Virus record (IMG/VR): IMGVR_UViG_3300026039_000010
Location: 1 to 25,043 of that record
Strand: one strand, 5' to 3'
Length of the DNA: 25,043 bases
Origin: a virus
Taxonomy: Duplodnaviria; Caudoviricetes
The position numbers were made by a program, and so were the translations under genes. The notes below the pieces were generated by a model. That model saw only the letters and a list, made by a program, of their open reading frames with translations. It was not told the origin of the DNA and did not search any database. Positions 24,301 through 25,043 of the stretch are shown here, one piece after another; position 1 is the first letter of the stretch, and every line of letters begins with the position of its first letter.

Positions 24301-25043
24301 CCAAGTATATTTGGCTTGGGATATAGTTTCTGATTCCCGGTCGATTAGTTATGAGGTAAGAAAAGGGACGGATGCTAACAATGCAAGCTCATTGGGTCGA
24401 ACTTCTAATAATGAATATCCAATAATGGGCGACGGAACTTATTGGGTAGCAACATATTATCGGACACTATATGGAGATTGGAAGGGGGTTGTCGTTGAAA
24501 ATTCGCTTGATAACACCAATGTTGTTGTACAATACAGCGAAACCGAGTCCGGATGGGCAGGAACATGTACCGATGCAATTATCGATGAACTATATTTTGA
24601 TGATATAGAGGATTTTGATTCGATTGTATCTTTGGACAGCTCTTTAAAACGGTTAGAATTAGATCCATCTGCTACGCTTGGTTATTATACCATTGCCGCC
24701 GCCGATATAGTCGATATTTTATATGAAGCTAAATGTACAATTACGGTTGATTTAGGCGCAATTACTCCAACCGGAACCACCGCGATTGTGCAAATTAATG
24801 TCGGCGATGCTAGCGAGACTTATGCAGGATGGTCTAATTTTAATAATAGTCAAAAATATATCGGCAGATATTTCAACTTTAGAATTAAATTAACCTCCGA
24901 AACAGTTGGAATTATTCCAATTGTAAGCGCATTTGGTTTTGTTGTCGATATGCCAGACGTTAAAGAATATGGCAATGACGTTTTGATTCCTGCGGCAAAA
25001 ACAACAATAACCTATGCAAAAACATTTCATTCAATACCAAGCT
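21350..25043 (+). CDS. Central tail tip / host specificity protein, fused lambda gpI-gpJ-like, 3' truncated by the window (over 1230 aa), not in ORF track
   Basis: ATG 21350 behind GAGGTGA; ubiquitin-like N-terminus ending IGG, Gly/Ala hydrophobic segment, YG.IKVG, YLNVLLCGGEGP, NNPAWACYD, FN3-like PGDVTNL...LAWD...YEVR; frame was open in all segments translated by hand, through to the window end. Confidence 0.9.
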   Translation, partial: MKLTIIKNPFDNNSRAFKDIEPNKPIFELVRPFIPDCKYEIILDDRVIPFEESKAIIPKDDQTLAIRATIGGSSSSNKNILSAVASLALAITTLGVGSLIAGGTFIGSGMVATGWGMASWLGALGVSLVGGYLMNLWFGADDDDSETTYDWGSVEANDREGGAVQMTYGTIKVGASGQAQVLSQYITYDGSYQYLNVLLCGGEGPCDYTGDGENDNCTGISNIEINDNAIANYDDVIVYKRAGLNNQSIIPNFDDSYDVKSLSYELAYDPDEESEWKTDQTYGVGAGLEIVFQFPSGLYRVKDSGSLASTSVIIQSQYKLVADSDWTDWDTWTISAKQNEPLYIVKRLDNITEGQYDVRARCTSKSGTSTSYSNATYWISVATITYDNFTRPNKVLLAIKALATDQLSGNVNVTWNQTRSYVYVWVPDDETNPWGSGSYIQKPANNPAWACYDIIHGCYRLYNINTSAYEYVIKRIAANRILYADFKQWADFCDEYEITCAYFVNETQTLWDSLSPLETIGRGKVLPFGTHLGVLANFPGDVVQKFNYSNIIAESFQGEFVGQSDRANALEVSFLDADREFKRHYFPAYGTDYNEAETVNPTSIFLQACDSLPVAWRHAQYQLRLNKYLYRSAKWQCDVDSISCRVGDVVGVTTPKWGTGGRIVDVGDNWIEVEKTIDAFGEVIDGVERTPLATYIVKITLSDDTIITRTVRQLISCAIFGRAGYTLESENGSITGTRIYFTEEFANDRAVATYIDDTTFTVVGDLTANFPADKTDLILYAGYGDMYQTTIVSSSYNGTLTTVVCDNVPSDITEARWGFTKPDQYNLYSFGTNGTDCKLFRLTRIERHDDLTATLSGLEYIEEVYQDDTEVPEIESGADTGTVTVSVTEHTDQGGDLYLDIGWLPSRKIYYGALVFINGTQVAKVDMSVNIYSYKVADIGEYIIKIVTLDYFGNPFVNASKTYTVVGETAPGDVTNLDIAYKGDQVYLAWDIVSDSRSISYEVRKGTDANNASSLGRTSNNEYPIMGDGTYWVATYYRTLYGDWKGVVVENSLDNTNVVVQYSETESGWAGTCTDAIIDELYFDDIEDFDSIVSLDSSLKRLELDPSATLGYYTIAAADIVDILYEAKCTITVDLGAITPTGTTAIVQINVGDASETYAGWSNFNNSQKYIGRYFNFRIKLTSETVGIIPIVSAFGFVVDMPDVKEYGNDVLIPAAKTTITYAKTFHSIPS

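Larger units (their letters stand above)
1..25043 (+). mobile_element. Siphovirus-type phage/prophage packaging, head and tail module (partial; no att site, integrase or lysis genes in window)
   Basis: Contiguous co-oriented terminase-portal-protease-capsid-connector-tail tube-chaperone-TMP-tail tip gene order. Confidence 0.97.

Noticed and set aside
1-25043. CRISPR array, diversity-generating retroelement, invertible tail cassette, tRNA or alternative genetic code
   Set aside because: No regularly spaced repeats, reverse transcriptase, invertase or cloverleaf seen; genes read intact in code 11. The distal tail fibre region lies outside the window

Overview
The whole window is the virion morphogenesis half of a temperate long-tailed (siphovirus-type) phage or prophage. 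All credible genes lie on the + strand, and the strong AGGAGG/AGGTGA ribosome-binding sites with low GC suggest a Bacillota (Firmicutes) host. Gene order is: an AT-rich block of small accessory genes (RepL-like winged-helix protein, GIY-YIG/T5orf172 nuclease, about 8 small ORFs); P27-family TerS and TerL; small inserts including a Mu Com-family zinc-ribbon gene and an HNH-AP2 homing endonuclease; HK97-type portal, ClpP-like protease and major capsid; four candidate head accessory genes; the head-tail joining genes; two paralogous tail-tube genes; a tail assembly chaperone with a -1 frameshift; tape measure protein; and a lambda-like tail tip (gpM, gpL, NlpC/P60 gpK, fused gpI-gpJ running off the end). 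The most interesting non-standard signals are: (1) a Com-family RNA-binding protein upstream of a Com-like target hairpin that overlaps and excludes an intrinsic terminator before the head genes, a candidate protein-controlled antitermination switch; (2) an intergenic three-way-junction RNA whose loop can pseudoknot with a Shine-Dalgarno-like sequence; (3) small accessory genes repeatedly bracketed by direct repeats of the RBS plus start codon, suggesting cassette-like insertion at translation starts. All functional calls come from motif recognition by eye; no searches were run.
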